From positions 64,480,001 through 64,544,000 of the forward strand of contig NC_092349.1 in NCBI RefSeq assembly GCF_963676685.1: DNA of 64,000 nucleotides, given 5' to 3'. Source of the stretch: Mytilus edulis. Taxonomy: Eukaryota. The notes beneath the pieces were generated by a model that was given only the letters and a program-made list of their open reading frames with translations, ran no database searches and was not told where the DNA came from. Position numbers and translations under genes: made by a program. This document shows positions 51,918 through 64,000 of the stretch, in pieces; position 1 is the stretch's first letter, and every line of letters starts with the position of its first letter.

Positions 51918-54900
51918 ATTTTCCATGATTTATGTAAAAAAATGAAGATACTGATTGATCTTATGTTAATAACTTCATAAAACAAGAGAATAATTTGTTT
52001 TTGTAAATAATGGTCCACTCATATGTTCTCGCCCATGGTACATTTGTGATGACTTGGCTACAGTAATAAATCTGTCATATTTTAAGGATCAATACTGATA
52101 GGCTGAATCACCATCGCAGATTTTTATAACCTATAGATTTAAGTAAGTTTTATCTTACGTACATGTCTTATGGGATGATTCAGAATTTAAATAAAATACA
52201 TTAAAAGTACATTAAACCTATAATTATTTAAATATGTTAAACAAGTGCAATGGATCTAACTTGCCCAATTGAATTCATTACAAATATTTGTTTTGATATA
52301 TATTGATGACTAAATTTGGCCAATTGATTGTTGATGCATTTTTATGTTAAAGAATAATACAATTTTAGAGTATACATGTACATTTCATATGTTTTATACT
52401 GAGCATTCTTTAAAAAAACTAAAAAAAAAATAAGTCTTGTGAATCTGACCTTTATAACGTTAGGTTTGTTTTATAATTTTTTTTGTAATAATATTTACAA
52501 ACATGTAGCTCAACAGATTAGCATGATTAGTTAGATCATTGCCCTGGATGTTTATATCACATTATCTCCTTCATTCTTTCTTTTGCATGTCATGTTATAT
52601 AAGATTTTAGGGATATTAAATCATGAAAATTTAGAGTTGATGAACCATATAATTATTTTGTACTGAGCATAGACTTTAAAAAAACTTTTCAATAAGACCT
52701 GTGAATCTGACTTGCATTAATGAAGGACAGAAAGTTACAGGACAAAAAGTCACAGGAAAAAAGTCACAATTCAGTTTTGAGATTATTTTTCTTTGAAGAA
52801 AAATTAATACAATTAAAAACCAATTGTTCAGAGAACAATTGAAGGTCTTTCTACCAGTTAATATCTATTTTGATATTAAAATATTAAAAATCAGTCTAAA
52901 ATGTCAGTTCATATGGCTTTATGATGTATAGATATGAATTTAAAGCAAAGGTCAAAATCTAGAACGTCAAATTAACCTATGACCTTAACCTCAATTTCAA
53001 GGTCACAAACTGAGGATCTCAAATCAAAAGACCCTAGGTCTCTAATATGTATGGTTAATAAGTTATATCACTTTACACATAATTTTAGATATGATAGGGG
53101 CAAAAACTCCCATTCATTGTCTACACACCCTTTCAACCAAAATTATTAAGTTACGACATTTCGCAACTAACAATTTAGTCAAAATAATTTGTCGATATCT
53201 TATACAGTTTCTGGAAATGAGTGGAAACAAAGCCTAATTCAAAAATTAGAATATGACCATGACCTTTGACCTTGACCTAATTTTCATTTTTTTGGACCAA
53301 GATCCTAGGTCTCTATCACTTGTGGTGTTCCAGTTTAAAATACATTTCAAAATTTCAAATACAAAAGGGGAAATAACTCTCATATGGAGCGTTCATATTG
53401 CTTCGGTTGAAATTGGACAAATCATGCGAAGGATATAACGAGCAATTCTATAAAATAAATTTGTCGTAATCTTTTACGGTTGCGAAGGAGTCGTGGACAC
53501 AAGGAAAACAGTGTTTGGGGAGATAACTCCTACAAAGAAAAATATTCGGTTACGCAGGGTAAATTTCAAAAGCACATAAACTGTTCGATATCATATACCA
53601 AATATCTAAACGACTTATTGCGAAACAAATATTTATCGCAAGAACAAAATTAGGCGGGAAAAAAAAATAATCAGAAGAAAACAGAAAAGTGGAAAGACCT
53701 AATTATTTTAACAAAAATATTTTTGTATTTGTTAAGTTTTAAAAAAAAATTAATGATATTTACAAACAATATATCATTGTATATAGACCAGACATAATTG
53801 ATTTTTATCAATGATCAACAGATTAGTGGGATCATTCACTCAGATCATATAGATCAGGATGTTTATATCACATTATCACATTCCTTCACCCTTTCTTAGC
53901 TTTTGTATGTCAAAGTCATTATAAAAAAGGAAATATTATAGATATACAATAAATTACAATGATATGTCATCACTCAGCTGTCTGCAGCCTCTCTCACCTG
54001 GCCAGGTATATATACAATACTAAATACCTGTATTGATTACGGCCAGGTGAGAAACACCTACATGTTTTATCAATGACTTCATCATCTTTATATTACATAG
54101 TTTGACGGTGATTTATTATTATGTACTAGTTAAAATTTATTTGTTACATGTTTTCTGTTTAAGGTAAGGTTTTGTTAAATTGTTGAATTTTTTAAATAAT
54201 TTAGGATTGTTATATATAAATATTTGATATTATAACTGTTGATATTTTATTTATTGATTTGTAAATATCTTTAAATGTTAAAATTATATCACCACTGTCT
54301 TTTGTTAAACATTATATCCCCTTAATTCCACAGATGAAATGATTGATATAAACATAAGGAACTGTGGTAAAGATTTCTTAAAAAACTTATAATCCACTTG
54401 AGTTCAAAGGACATAAATATAAGCAATATAGGTCACTGTAACTCAATTTTTGGAATATTTCAATTTGAGTTGTGTTAGTTTCACTAAAAAGAGTTCTTCC
54501 AGAAAAAAGATGTGTTTTAGGGTGAAGCTTGTTTTTTTTTTGTTGCTTTTTGACCTACATGTATAAATACTATTTTGTAAACCCAACTTTTTTCATGAAT
54601 AATTTTTCATAAAAGTAAAATATTAAATTATTTTAGCATTCACCATTTCTTTATGAATGTTAAAATAATGAAAATATAGCAAAAAATTGCACAGAAATCG
54701 TGCATTTATATTGTCCATTGTGGATAAGAAATGCACAAAATGTTGTATTCCTTCAAGTTGATTAATTGATCATGACAGAAAGTGTTATGCAATAAGTATT
54801 CGTCACCGTCATTTTTTGCTATATACATTGATATATTTCATTTTTACAAAAAAACAAAAATAGAGTGACAACTTTCTTAAAGGACTTTAATCGACTTTAT

Positions 54901-56398
54901 ATGCAGGTACCAGTAGAAGCAGAAGTCTCTAGGTTTGTTTATTTATTTGCTTGTTGTCAATGTTGAGAGAGGTAAATTTTACTTTCTGATGATAATTTAG
55001 TATTCATTTATTTTCGTGGGTATCAATTTTCATGGATTGAGGAAAATTTACGTTTTGTGAATATTTGATTAGGTGGTTTGGCCAATCATTGCATCGATCC
55101 AAAACCTATAGAAAATTTGTTAATTGTTGAACATTTGAATTTGTGGTTCACTAATGTACCCACGAAAAGGTATACAACGAATAATAATGAATCTATATAG
55201 TATACAGAGAATTTCAACAAAATTAAATTCTAAAAGATAACTATACATTTCTGCACATCAAGAAAACACAATAACAACTTAAGACAAGCCTTTACATCAA
55301 ATAAACAAATATACCTCAGACAATCCTGTGTCTTTCAACACATGGTTTGATGAAATCTGACCATAAATGACCTTAATATAATCTTTTGAAAACACAGTTT
55401 ATGTGAAATATATTTTTGGAAAAATTTTGTAGACCATGATGAATACATATTATACATGTAGCATTACAAAATTTCCAGGAAAATTAAATTAAACTAATAA
55501 CGACTTTTTTTTGTGTTTGATTTATTGAGATTTTATAGGACTTAAGTGCAAATACCTGTAGGAAATTAACACCAGTCCGATTCCAGAAAATACTCATTTG
55601 ATTGATTGATTAATCATTATTTACTAAGCGCTATAAATACAAATCTGTAATTTAGAAAGTAGCTGATGAGAACAATATTAAGTATTATAGAGTACTACAT
55701 TGTACTAACTTAGAGTACTGTTACAATAGAATAAAGCTGTTAATATGTTTTGATGTTTTATGTACTTTTTTTTTTAAAACTATTATTTATTGTAGGTAAA
55801 CATGTTCTTTTAACTTAAGGATATTAAATGTATAATTTAAGAGATTGTTCAGGATTTGAATTAATAGTTTGATATCAACATAATAAAGTTATATGCTATT
55901 AAATCTAAAAATAAGACATTTCTTCCTAAGCCTATTATTTTTTTCTGTAATAGATTAAAACCAAGTGTTTCAGACTATCAAGGTCATAAATAAACTCATC
56001 ATAGATACCAGGATTGAAATTTTATATTTACACCAGACGCACATTTTGTCTACAAAAGAGTCATCATGCAGTGACGCTCGAATAAAAAAAAGTTAAAAAG
56101 GCCAAATAAAGTATGAAGTTTAAGAACATTGACAAAGTGCTAGCTATGGCTTTGAATATTCATTATGCCCATAAACCAAATGGATACTGAAATGATACAG
56201 TGCAGTCTATGCAAAACTGAATTTAGGGTTTGTCTGGACAATAAAGGAATTTTACCTTTTCTAATATATTGTCAACTAAAAAGGTTGTTGAAATTTGTCC
56301 ATGATCTTGGCAGTTGCTTAGTATGTTCGTTGTTCAGTTTTTATTGTTCTAAAATTAAACTAAATTTTTTGCAGGTTATGAATTTGAAGTAATCAGCT

Positions 56399-59300
56399 AT
56401 GGAAAATGAATTGACTAAGCGTGACCATATTGGTGTCCAGGATTTTGTCTTACTTGAGGATTATGAACACCCTGAAGCCTTCGTAGAGAACTTGAAGAAA
56501 AGATTTACAGAAAATCTTATTTATGTAAGATTGAAAGTTAGACAGTTAATTTCAAATTTCTTGATATACATACATACAGCATTTACAGCACACATGATAA
56601 CTCCTTTAAAGTTCATTCATCAATGGTGCTGGTTTTACACAGTGAATGCTGGTTTATGTTGGGGATTTAGTATCATTTACTCTGAAATACCAGGACAATT
56701 TTTGTACTCATTTGTGAAAATGTCAAGAGTATTGATAATTGGCACATAAATTAAAGATTTTCTTGACATGCAATCACTTGCAAATACCCTTCTTCTAGTG
56801 AATTCACCCTTGTCAAAGTCATGACATTAACGAGGAGACTGGCATTGGTGTGTTTTTTTAGAAAGTGATTAGGCTCTGTGATTTGGGTATCAACAATGGC
56901 AAAAGCATTGTGGTGAAGCTCAATTTTAAAGTCAACACTAATGATACATCAATATTTGGTATGCAGTTGCATTGATTTTAAAACTCTAAAATAGTTTTAA
57001 AAATGTTCCTTCGGGCCAGGTGAGCTTTTCTCATCACTTGGCGTCCGTTGTCTGTCGTCCGTCTTCGTTGTCGTTAACTTTTTACATTTTGAACTTCTTC
57101 TAGAGAACAACTGAATGGATTGAAACCAAACATGGCATGAATGTTCCTTATGAGGTGCTGACCAAGTGTTGTTACTTTGTAGCCGATCCATCATCCAAGA
57201 TGGCCGCCAGCGGGGGACTTAGTTTAACATAGGACCCTATGGGAAATGCATACAAATGACTTCTTCTAGAGAACCACTGAATGGAATGAAACCAAACATG
57301 GCATGAATGTTCCTTATAAGGTGCTGACCAAGTGTTGTTACTTTGTAGCCGATCCATCATCCAAGATGGCCGCCAGTGGGGGACTTAGTTTAACATAGGA
57401 CCCTATGAGAAATGCATACAAATGACTTCTTCTACAGAACCACTGAATGGAATGAAACCAAACATGGCATAAATGTTCCTTATGAAGTGCTGACCAAGTG
57501 TTGTTACTTAGTAGCCGATCCATCATCCAAGATGGCAGCCAGTGGGGGACTTAGTTTAACATAGGACCCTATGGGAAATGCATACAAATGACTTCTTCTA
57601 GAGAACCACTGAATGGAATGAAACCAAACATGGCATGAATGTTCCTTATGAGGTGCTGACCAGGTGTTGTTACTTTGTAGATGATCCATCATCCAAGATT
57701 ACCGCCAGTGGGGGACTTATTTAACATAGGACGCTATGGGAAATTCATACAAATGACTTCTTCTAGAGAACCACTAAATGAAATGAAACCAAACATGACA
57801 TTAATGTTCCTAATTATGAGGTGCTGACCAAGTGTTGTTACTTTGTAGCTGATCCATCATCCAAGATGGCCGCCAGCGGGAGGACTTAGTTTAACATAGG
57901 ACCCTATGGGAAATGCATACAAATGACATCTTTTAGAGAACCACTGAATGGAATCAAACCAAAAATAGCATGAATGTTCCTTATGAGATGCTGACCAAGT
58001 GTTGTTACTTTGTCTCCGATCCATCATCCAAGATGGATGCCAGCAGGGGGCTTAGTTTAACATAGGACCCTATGGGAAATGCATACAAAAGTCTTTTTTC
58101 TAGAGAACCACGGAATTGAATGAAATCAAACATAACATGAATAGTCCTTTCTTTATGAGTTGCTGGCCAAGTGTTGTTACTTTGTAGCCAAATTTTATCT
58201 GTTTTTATATGATTTCAAAAACCCAAGTAGAGTCAGGTGAGCGATACAGGCTCTTGAGAGCCTCTAGTTTATATTTTCATTATACTATTGAAATTACATA
58301 CAGGCAAGGCATATTACTGTGTCAACAGTTAAACTGCTGAATCACCTTTTGTGTACTGTTCCATTGTCATGATGGTCATAAAATGCATTATTATATAACA
58401 TTTAAGAATATTTTAGTTGGAAAAGAAGAACAATTAAAATATAGTGGATAATTGATAAATTAATAAAAAGATGCATCTAATTTATAGGTGAGAAGATGGG
58501 AGGGTTTTGTAGGAATGATTTGTATAAAATAACCTTCAAGTGTCCTTTTATTTCGCTTATCACCTTCTACAAGATATTTAAGTCAAATATATAAAATTTG
58601 ATACATATACAGATATTTGTAAGTCAATCAGTTTAAGTTACACTATACATCACTATATAAGATAATAGGTTTACATTCATATTACTAAATACACTAAATA
58701 TATAAACAGCACGACTACTGACAGGAAATTTGTTGTTTACATTGAAGGTGTATATAGTTACTGTTTAGTCAGGATATTTAGAACAAAAGCAGACAGTATT
58801 CACTGTGACCTCACAAACGGTGAAACTGCAATTGTGAAAAATTTGTAACTTCCTGACATCCACTTAACAATGCTAAAAGAAAATATATAAAGTTGGTTAT
58901 TTTTTATAATCCTATGTATAAAATGGCAGCAGTACACATACTCTTACCTATTCTCTGTTATTATAAAACCATTTTTCTTAATTATGATCTTATGCAGATA
59001 GAAAGTAAGCTGACATTTGGTTCACTGCATATCTGAATATGGGCTAATTCAGGAAAAGATGTATGTGAGGTTTGACACCTGTAAATCTCTTTATGTGGTT
59101 TAAGGAGGTAGACCTAGGTTAAGGGTGCTATAAACAGTTTCGTACTAAAAACTAGGGGTTATTCCCCGACTAAAAATAACCATGGAGGGAAACCCCTGTT
59201 TATTTACTTACTTGGTGAAAAAGTATCATGTTTTTGGTATTTGATTGTAAAAATTAGTTAATTAGCTTGCAATTAAAACAGGTTGAATGATTGAAATAAT

Positions 59301-62282
59301 TTTAAAAATTATATTAAATATACATGTTTCAAGGGGAGACAACACTGTAAACAGTCTGCTTTTTTAGCAGTGAAAATTGAAAACTTATTTGCAGCCACTG
59401 TAGCTCTTTTCGGAGCAGGAAACCGTACCCTGAAACAAGATTTTTTTGAAAGGCCAGGTAAAAACCTACAAAATTCATACAGTTTTGATTATGAAAAATG
59501 TGCATGGATCATGTCTTCATGGGTGTGCACATGACCTGATTTCAAGTTTTTTATGTTAAAATTATACCTTTTTTCCCCCATGTTCATTGGATGAAATTTT
59601 TATAATATATTAAAAGTACACATTATTTTTATTTCATTATAAACTAGAGAACATTCTGATTCTAGTGATATCTAGTTTTATACAAGTATCTTTATTTATC
59701 AGTCCACCAGTAAGGGTCACATATGCATGGTCCCTCAAAACATGACGTCATAGAAAAAAACTGTTGATTGCACCCTTAAAGGGACAAACATATAATATAA
59801 TGATGTTTTAGCAAAGAAATGTGTTAGCAAATGGAGTAAAATTATTTTGAAAAATATTATATGACATGTATACATTAATTTAAAAGCATCAGTTTGGTAC
59901 ATTTAATGCAAATATTACAGATTTGTACATAGCAACCAGAAATAAGAAAACCAGACTCTGTGCGAATATTGAAGTTTTTCGTCTTTTTGCGACGTCATGA
60001 TATTTTTATTCAATCTCTCATATATTTGAAACTAAAAGTTGCACATGAAAAGTGTAGATTTTTTCTACTTTGACCTGTACTACTGATCAGAGTAACATAC
60101 ATTTTTATTCATTATATTGTATATTTGGTACTTTTTATAGTCAAAAAGGTACAAGTGCCATTCCTAAGAAAAACACCATTTCAATATTTTTCTCAACTCA
60201 GCCTTATCTTAGTTCATATAATACTAGGTACAAAATATGCTTTAAGTACCTTTATTCATGCTTATTTCATAGTTTTTATTCTATTTATTCAAAAGAAACC
60301 CTGTTTTATGATTTATTTTCTTTGTAAAACTGATGAAAATGTGATACAGGAATTGTTTGCAATTTGCCAGTTAAACTGTTTGCCACTGGCCAAAATGCCA
60401 TTACTACGCGACATAAAAAAAGAGCTGTAGTTTCACTATTCGTGGTCACAATCCTTAAAGGAAGACATCATTTTAATCGGTATAGTGTACAGATTCAGAA
60501 AAGCTGAGAAATTTTAATTTGTCGCATACAAAGTTTTGCCTTAAGGGTGCTATAAACAGTTTCGTACTAAAAACTAGGGGTTATTCCCCGACTAAAAATA
60601 ACCATGGAGGGAAACCCCTGTTTATTTACTTACTTGGTGAAAAAGTATCATGTTTTTGGTATTTGATTGTAAAAATTAGTTAATTAGCTTGCAATTAAAA
60701 CAGGTTGAATGATTGAAATAATTTTAAAAATTATATTAAATATACATGTTTCAAGGGGAGACAACACTGTAAACAGTCTGCTTTTTTAGCAGTGAAAATT
60801 GAAAACTTATTTGCAGCCACTGTAGCTCTTTTCGGAGCAGGAAACCGTACCCTGAAACAAGATTTTTTTGAAAGGCCAGGTAAAAACCTACAAAATTCAT
60901 ACAGTTTTGATTATGAAAAATGTGCATGGATCATGTCTTCATGGGTGTGCACATGACCTGATTTCAAGTTTTTTATGTTAAAATTATACCTTTTTTCCCC
61001 CATGTTCATTGGATGAAATTTTTATAATATATTAAAAGTACACATTATTTTTATTTCATTATAAACTAGAGAACATTCTGATTCTAGTGATATCTAGTTT
61101 TATACAAGTATCTTTATTTATCAGTCCACCAGTAAGGGTCACATATGCATGGTCCCTCAAAACATGACGTCATAGAAAAAAACTGTTGATTGCACCCTAA
61201 GGGAAATAACTCTTAAAATCATCAGTACGTTTGTGTCAGCCATTTTCATAAATATGTTCTAAGCTTCTTGGATACATAGATTATTTCCAATCTGTTTCAG
61301 GTAAATGCTTAAAATTCATTGACGAAACTTGACTTTTACAAACGCATAACTGATTTAAAGAGTTATCTCTCTGAACCAAGGTCTACCCCCTTAAATAGGG
61401 AGAAGCAAATACAGTTCAGCTTCAAACATACATGTCAACCTCTGACAATGGGAAATCATGTCATGACATGACATGACATGTCAAAAAGCGTGTGAAAACG
61501 CGTGACATAGATGCGGACTTGTTAATATGAATGTGGTAATGTTCATAATTTCATACAAATTTGTGAATATAAAAAAACAATATATATTCTACTGTGAATT
61601 TTTTTTGTATTAAACAGTGGTCTGTTACAATGTATGTTGCTTTTAAAGCACCACCACTAGGCACATATTCAAATCAACTGCCAGTTTCAAGTTTAGTTAC
61701 ATTTATTTGATAACAGCACACAATACAAATGTAACATAGTCAAGTTCTGATCAGAATTCAGTGTCAATTTCTTTATAATTGAAAAGGCTCTCCCACAGTA
61801 GGAATTGATATTTGACTGAATTAGCTTCATCAAGATTTGAAAGAATGTCATAATGTTGGGTTTTTTTTGGCAATGTATAATGTCATCTATTTTCTCTGCC
61901 ATTGCTCCCATTGCTATTGCCTGATTAAAACTGGGTAGTTCATCAGAATCAAAGGAAAATAAAAATATTGGTATACATGTATTAATAAGTGTTGACTTCT
62001 CTAATTGATTCCTGTATATCCCTTTTACATTTTGCCCTGAAATAGCATTTTGAAAATTTAAATTCATGCTTGATGACAATGATGTTTCTACCTGTGCACT
62101 GTTCAGTCTGTGCATTATTGATTTTACAGACAAGATTTTTACTCTTTAAATTCCATTCTATTTCAGACTTACATTGGACCAGTCCTGGTATCAGTTAACC
62201 CATACCATCAGTTAGACATATACAACGATGAAATTATACAGACATATAGAAATGTCAACTTCTATGAGTTACCACCACATAT
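56399..62282 (+). CDS. MYO1C: Class I myosin, MYO1C/Myo61F-like (first two coding exons; gene continues beyond the window)
   Basis: Exon 56399-56524 [42 protein letters not shown] (acceptor at 56374, donor gtaaga) and exon 62167-62282 [39 protein letters not shown], joined in phase 0. Confidence 0.88.
57010..58270 (+). mobile_element. Helentron-associated (HINE-like) element carrying about 6.5 copies of a 166-bp satellite unit
   Basis: 5' caggtgagcttttctcatcacttggcgtccg plus a gtc microsatellite, 166-bp array at about 57090-58190 (identical ORFs recur every 166 bp), 3' caggtgagc plus hairpin aggctct/agagcct and a T-run. Confidence 0.8.
59123..59775. mobile_element. 653-bp MITE, copy 1
   Basis: TIR gggtgctataaacagttt / aaactgttgattgcaccc. 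Appears identical to 60545-61197. Confidence 0.85.
60545..61197. mobile_element. 653-bp MITE, copy 2
   Basis: Direct repeat of 59123-59775, same TIRs. Confidence 0.85.
61690..62000 (-). pseudogene. Possible hAT-type transposase C-terminal relic
   Basis: Minus-strand [13 protein letters not shown], then in another frame IDTEF*SEL, resembles the hAT dimerisation motif SNAxxERxFS. Frameshifted. Confidence 0.4.
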
Positions 62283-62925
62283 GTAAGTTTATTAAGAGTA
62301 CTACCAGTCCTGGTTTCAGTTAACCCATACCATCAGTTAGACATATACAACGATGAAATTATACAGACATATAGAAATGTCAACTTCTATCAGTTACCAC
62401 CACATATGTAAGTTTACTAAGAGTACTACCAGTCCTGGTATCAGTTAACCCATACCATCAGTTAGACATATACAATGATGAAATTATACAGACATATAGA
62501 AATGTCAACTTCTATCAGTTACCACCACATATGTAAGTTTACTAAGAGTACTACCAGTCCTGGTTTCAGTTAACCCATACCATCAGTTAGACATATACAA
62601 AGATGAAATTATACAGACATATAGAAATGTCAACTTCTATGAATTACCTCGACATATGTAAGTTTACTAAGAGTACTACCAGTCCTGGTTTCAGTTAACC
62701 CATACCATCAGTTAGACATATACAATGATGAAATTATACAGACATATAGAAATCTCAACTTCTATGAATTACCTCCACATATGTAAGTTTACTAAGAGTA
62801 CTACCAGTCCTGGTATCAGTTAACCCATACCATCAGTTAGACATATACAAAGATGAAATTATACAGACATATAGAAATGTCAACTTCTATGAGTTACCTC
62901 CACACATGTAAGTTACAGGAACTAC
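62178..62925 (+). repeat. 125-bp x 6 tandem array of the myosin exon body plus its splice donor
   Basis: Units start at 62178, 62303, 62428, 62553, 62678 and 62803. Each ends cac(a/ac)at|gtaagtt plus about 15 nt of intron. Confidence 0.95.
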
Positions 62926-64000
62926 TGCCAATATTTTTTTAGATTTATACCAAACTTTTACTGGTCACCTGGTTTACTGAAATTTGTCTCTCCTTGACAA
63001 AGTTGCTATATATTAAAGTCAGACTTGGGCCTGCTGGGGATTGTCAACAACTTACTAACATTTGTGTATCAGTCAGAACTTTTAGGGAATGGAAAGTCAA
63101 TGATGTTCGGTATGCAGATGTTTTGGCATTATAACATCATATTAAAATGGATATGATTTGTTCCACCACCTCAGTCAATGACTTCAGTCGTGGAAATATT
63201 CAACTTTGAGCCTTTAGCATAGATAACATATGAGCTCAATGATATTTGATATTCAGGGACCAGCTAAAGTCTCGCAGCCTTCAGGTGTGGCATTTTCTCA
63301 CTGTATTGAAAAGCCATTTGTGGCCTTGGGGTATTTTCTGCTATTTGGTTTGGTAGTTCCCAGTTTCCCTTCTCAATTTCATAGTACTACTTATATGACA
63401 TGTATGAGCATTGTCATTTCTGTAAACCTGCACTTTTTGTCATGGATCATTGACAATGAATATTACATATTTTACATGTTTAAGTATCATATATTGCCAT
63501 TTAATTAAAACATTTGCATTTGACTATATAATTACAGACCAGCCTGACATCTCTGTGTCAATAGTTGATTGTATAGTTTGTCAATTTGATTTGAATTTGA
63601 TCTAGTATATATTAGTATTGTTAAAATGTTTGTTTTGGATTGAAATCAATAATACACTGATGAAACAGCTTGCTTCAATTGACTGAACCTTCAATATACC
63701 AGAGTTCCACTTCATCAGTTTGCTTTTAACATCCAGCTCAATTTGTTTATAAAAATACAAAATCTGGGTATATTGATAAAAAAAAAAGACAGGACCAATA
63801 GAGTGCAGTATGAACAATAAAAAAAAACTTGACAGAGATTACAACTAAAATAAAAATGCAGGACAAAAGTTTTCATCCTAGCACCCCCACCCCCTGGAAT
63901 AGTATTAGTCCCAGCACCTCATTAATAATGCCCTATTTATGGGCATTATATTTTCTGGTCTGTGCCTCTGTCCGCTCTTACGTCTGTCCCGCTTCAGGTT

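Larger units (their letters stand above)
59104..61390. mobile_element. Small Kolobok-like TTAA element interrupted by a 2.1-kb insertion
   Basis: TTAA at 59100-59103 and 61391-61394. The left TIR, rebuilt as ggaggtagacctaggttaa+gggaaataactcttaaaatca, matches the reverse complement of the right end. Confidence 0.7.

Noticed and set aside
52395-53900. Old local duplication of about 265 bp interrupted by repeats
   Set aside because: Diverged non-coding sequence with no sign of function.
56997-57692. Four near-identical 62-65 aa minus-strand ORFs
   Set aside because: By-products of the 166-bp satellite period.
62178-62925. Mutually exclusive exon cluster or CRISPR-like array
   Set aside because: Copies 2-6 lack the first 11 exon bases and the in-frame acceptor. 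There are no unique spacers and the context is eukaryotic.

Overview
AT-rich, intron-rich animal genomic DNA. The repeat landscape resembles a mytilid bivalve (inference, not confirmed). Five host genes can be assembled from splice sites and conserved peptides: TPCN1 (minus strand, 3' end outside the window), DRC10/IQCD (plus, head-to-head with TPCN1), BOLA2 (minus), a Cys-type SelO-family AMPylase (plus, head-to-head with BOLA2, with a frameshifting deletion in this sequence) and the first coding exons of a MYO1C-like myosin (plus). BOLA2 intron 1 holds a full-length, very young 9.4-kb Ty3/gypsy LTR retrotransposon: 423-bp LTRs with one visible mismatch, TATG target duplication, tRNA-Pro primer site, PPT, and a -1 frameshift signal between gag and pol. 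In the env position it carries an intact third ORF encoding a tandem C2H2 zinc-finger / Ser-Thr-rich / coiled-coil protein preceded by a splice acceptor. This is the best candidate for an undescribed system. Other notable structures are a MITE that cuts off the integrase tail, a six-copy tandem array of a myosin exon plus its splice donor, tiny hairpins with 7-bp target duplications resembling P-element excision footprints, a composite-like nest of MITEs at TTAA/TAA sites, a 166-bp satellite inside a Helentron-type element, and LINE, Penelope and hAT relics. All comparisons were done by eye.
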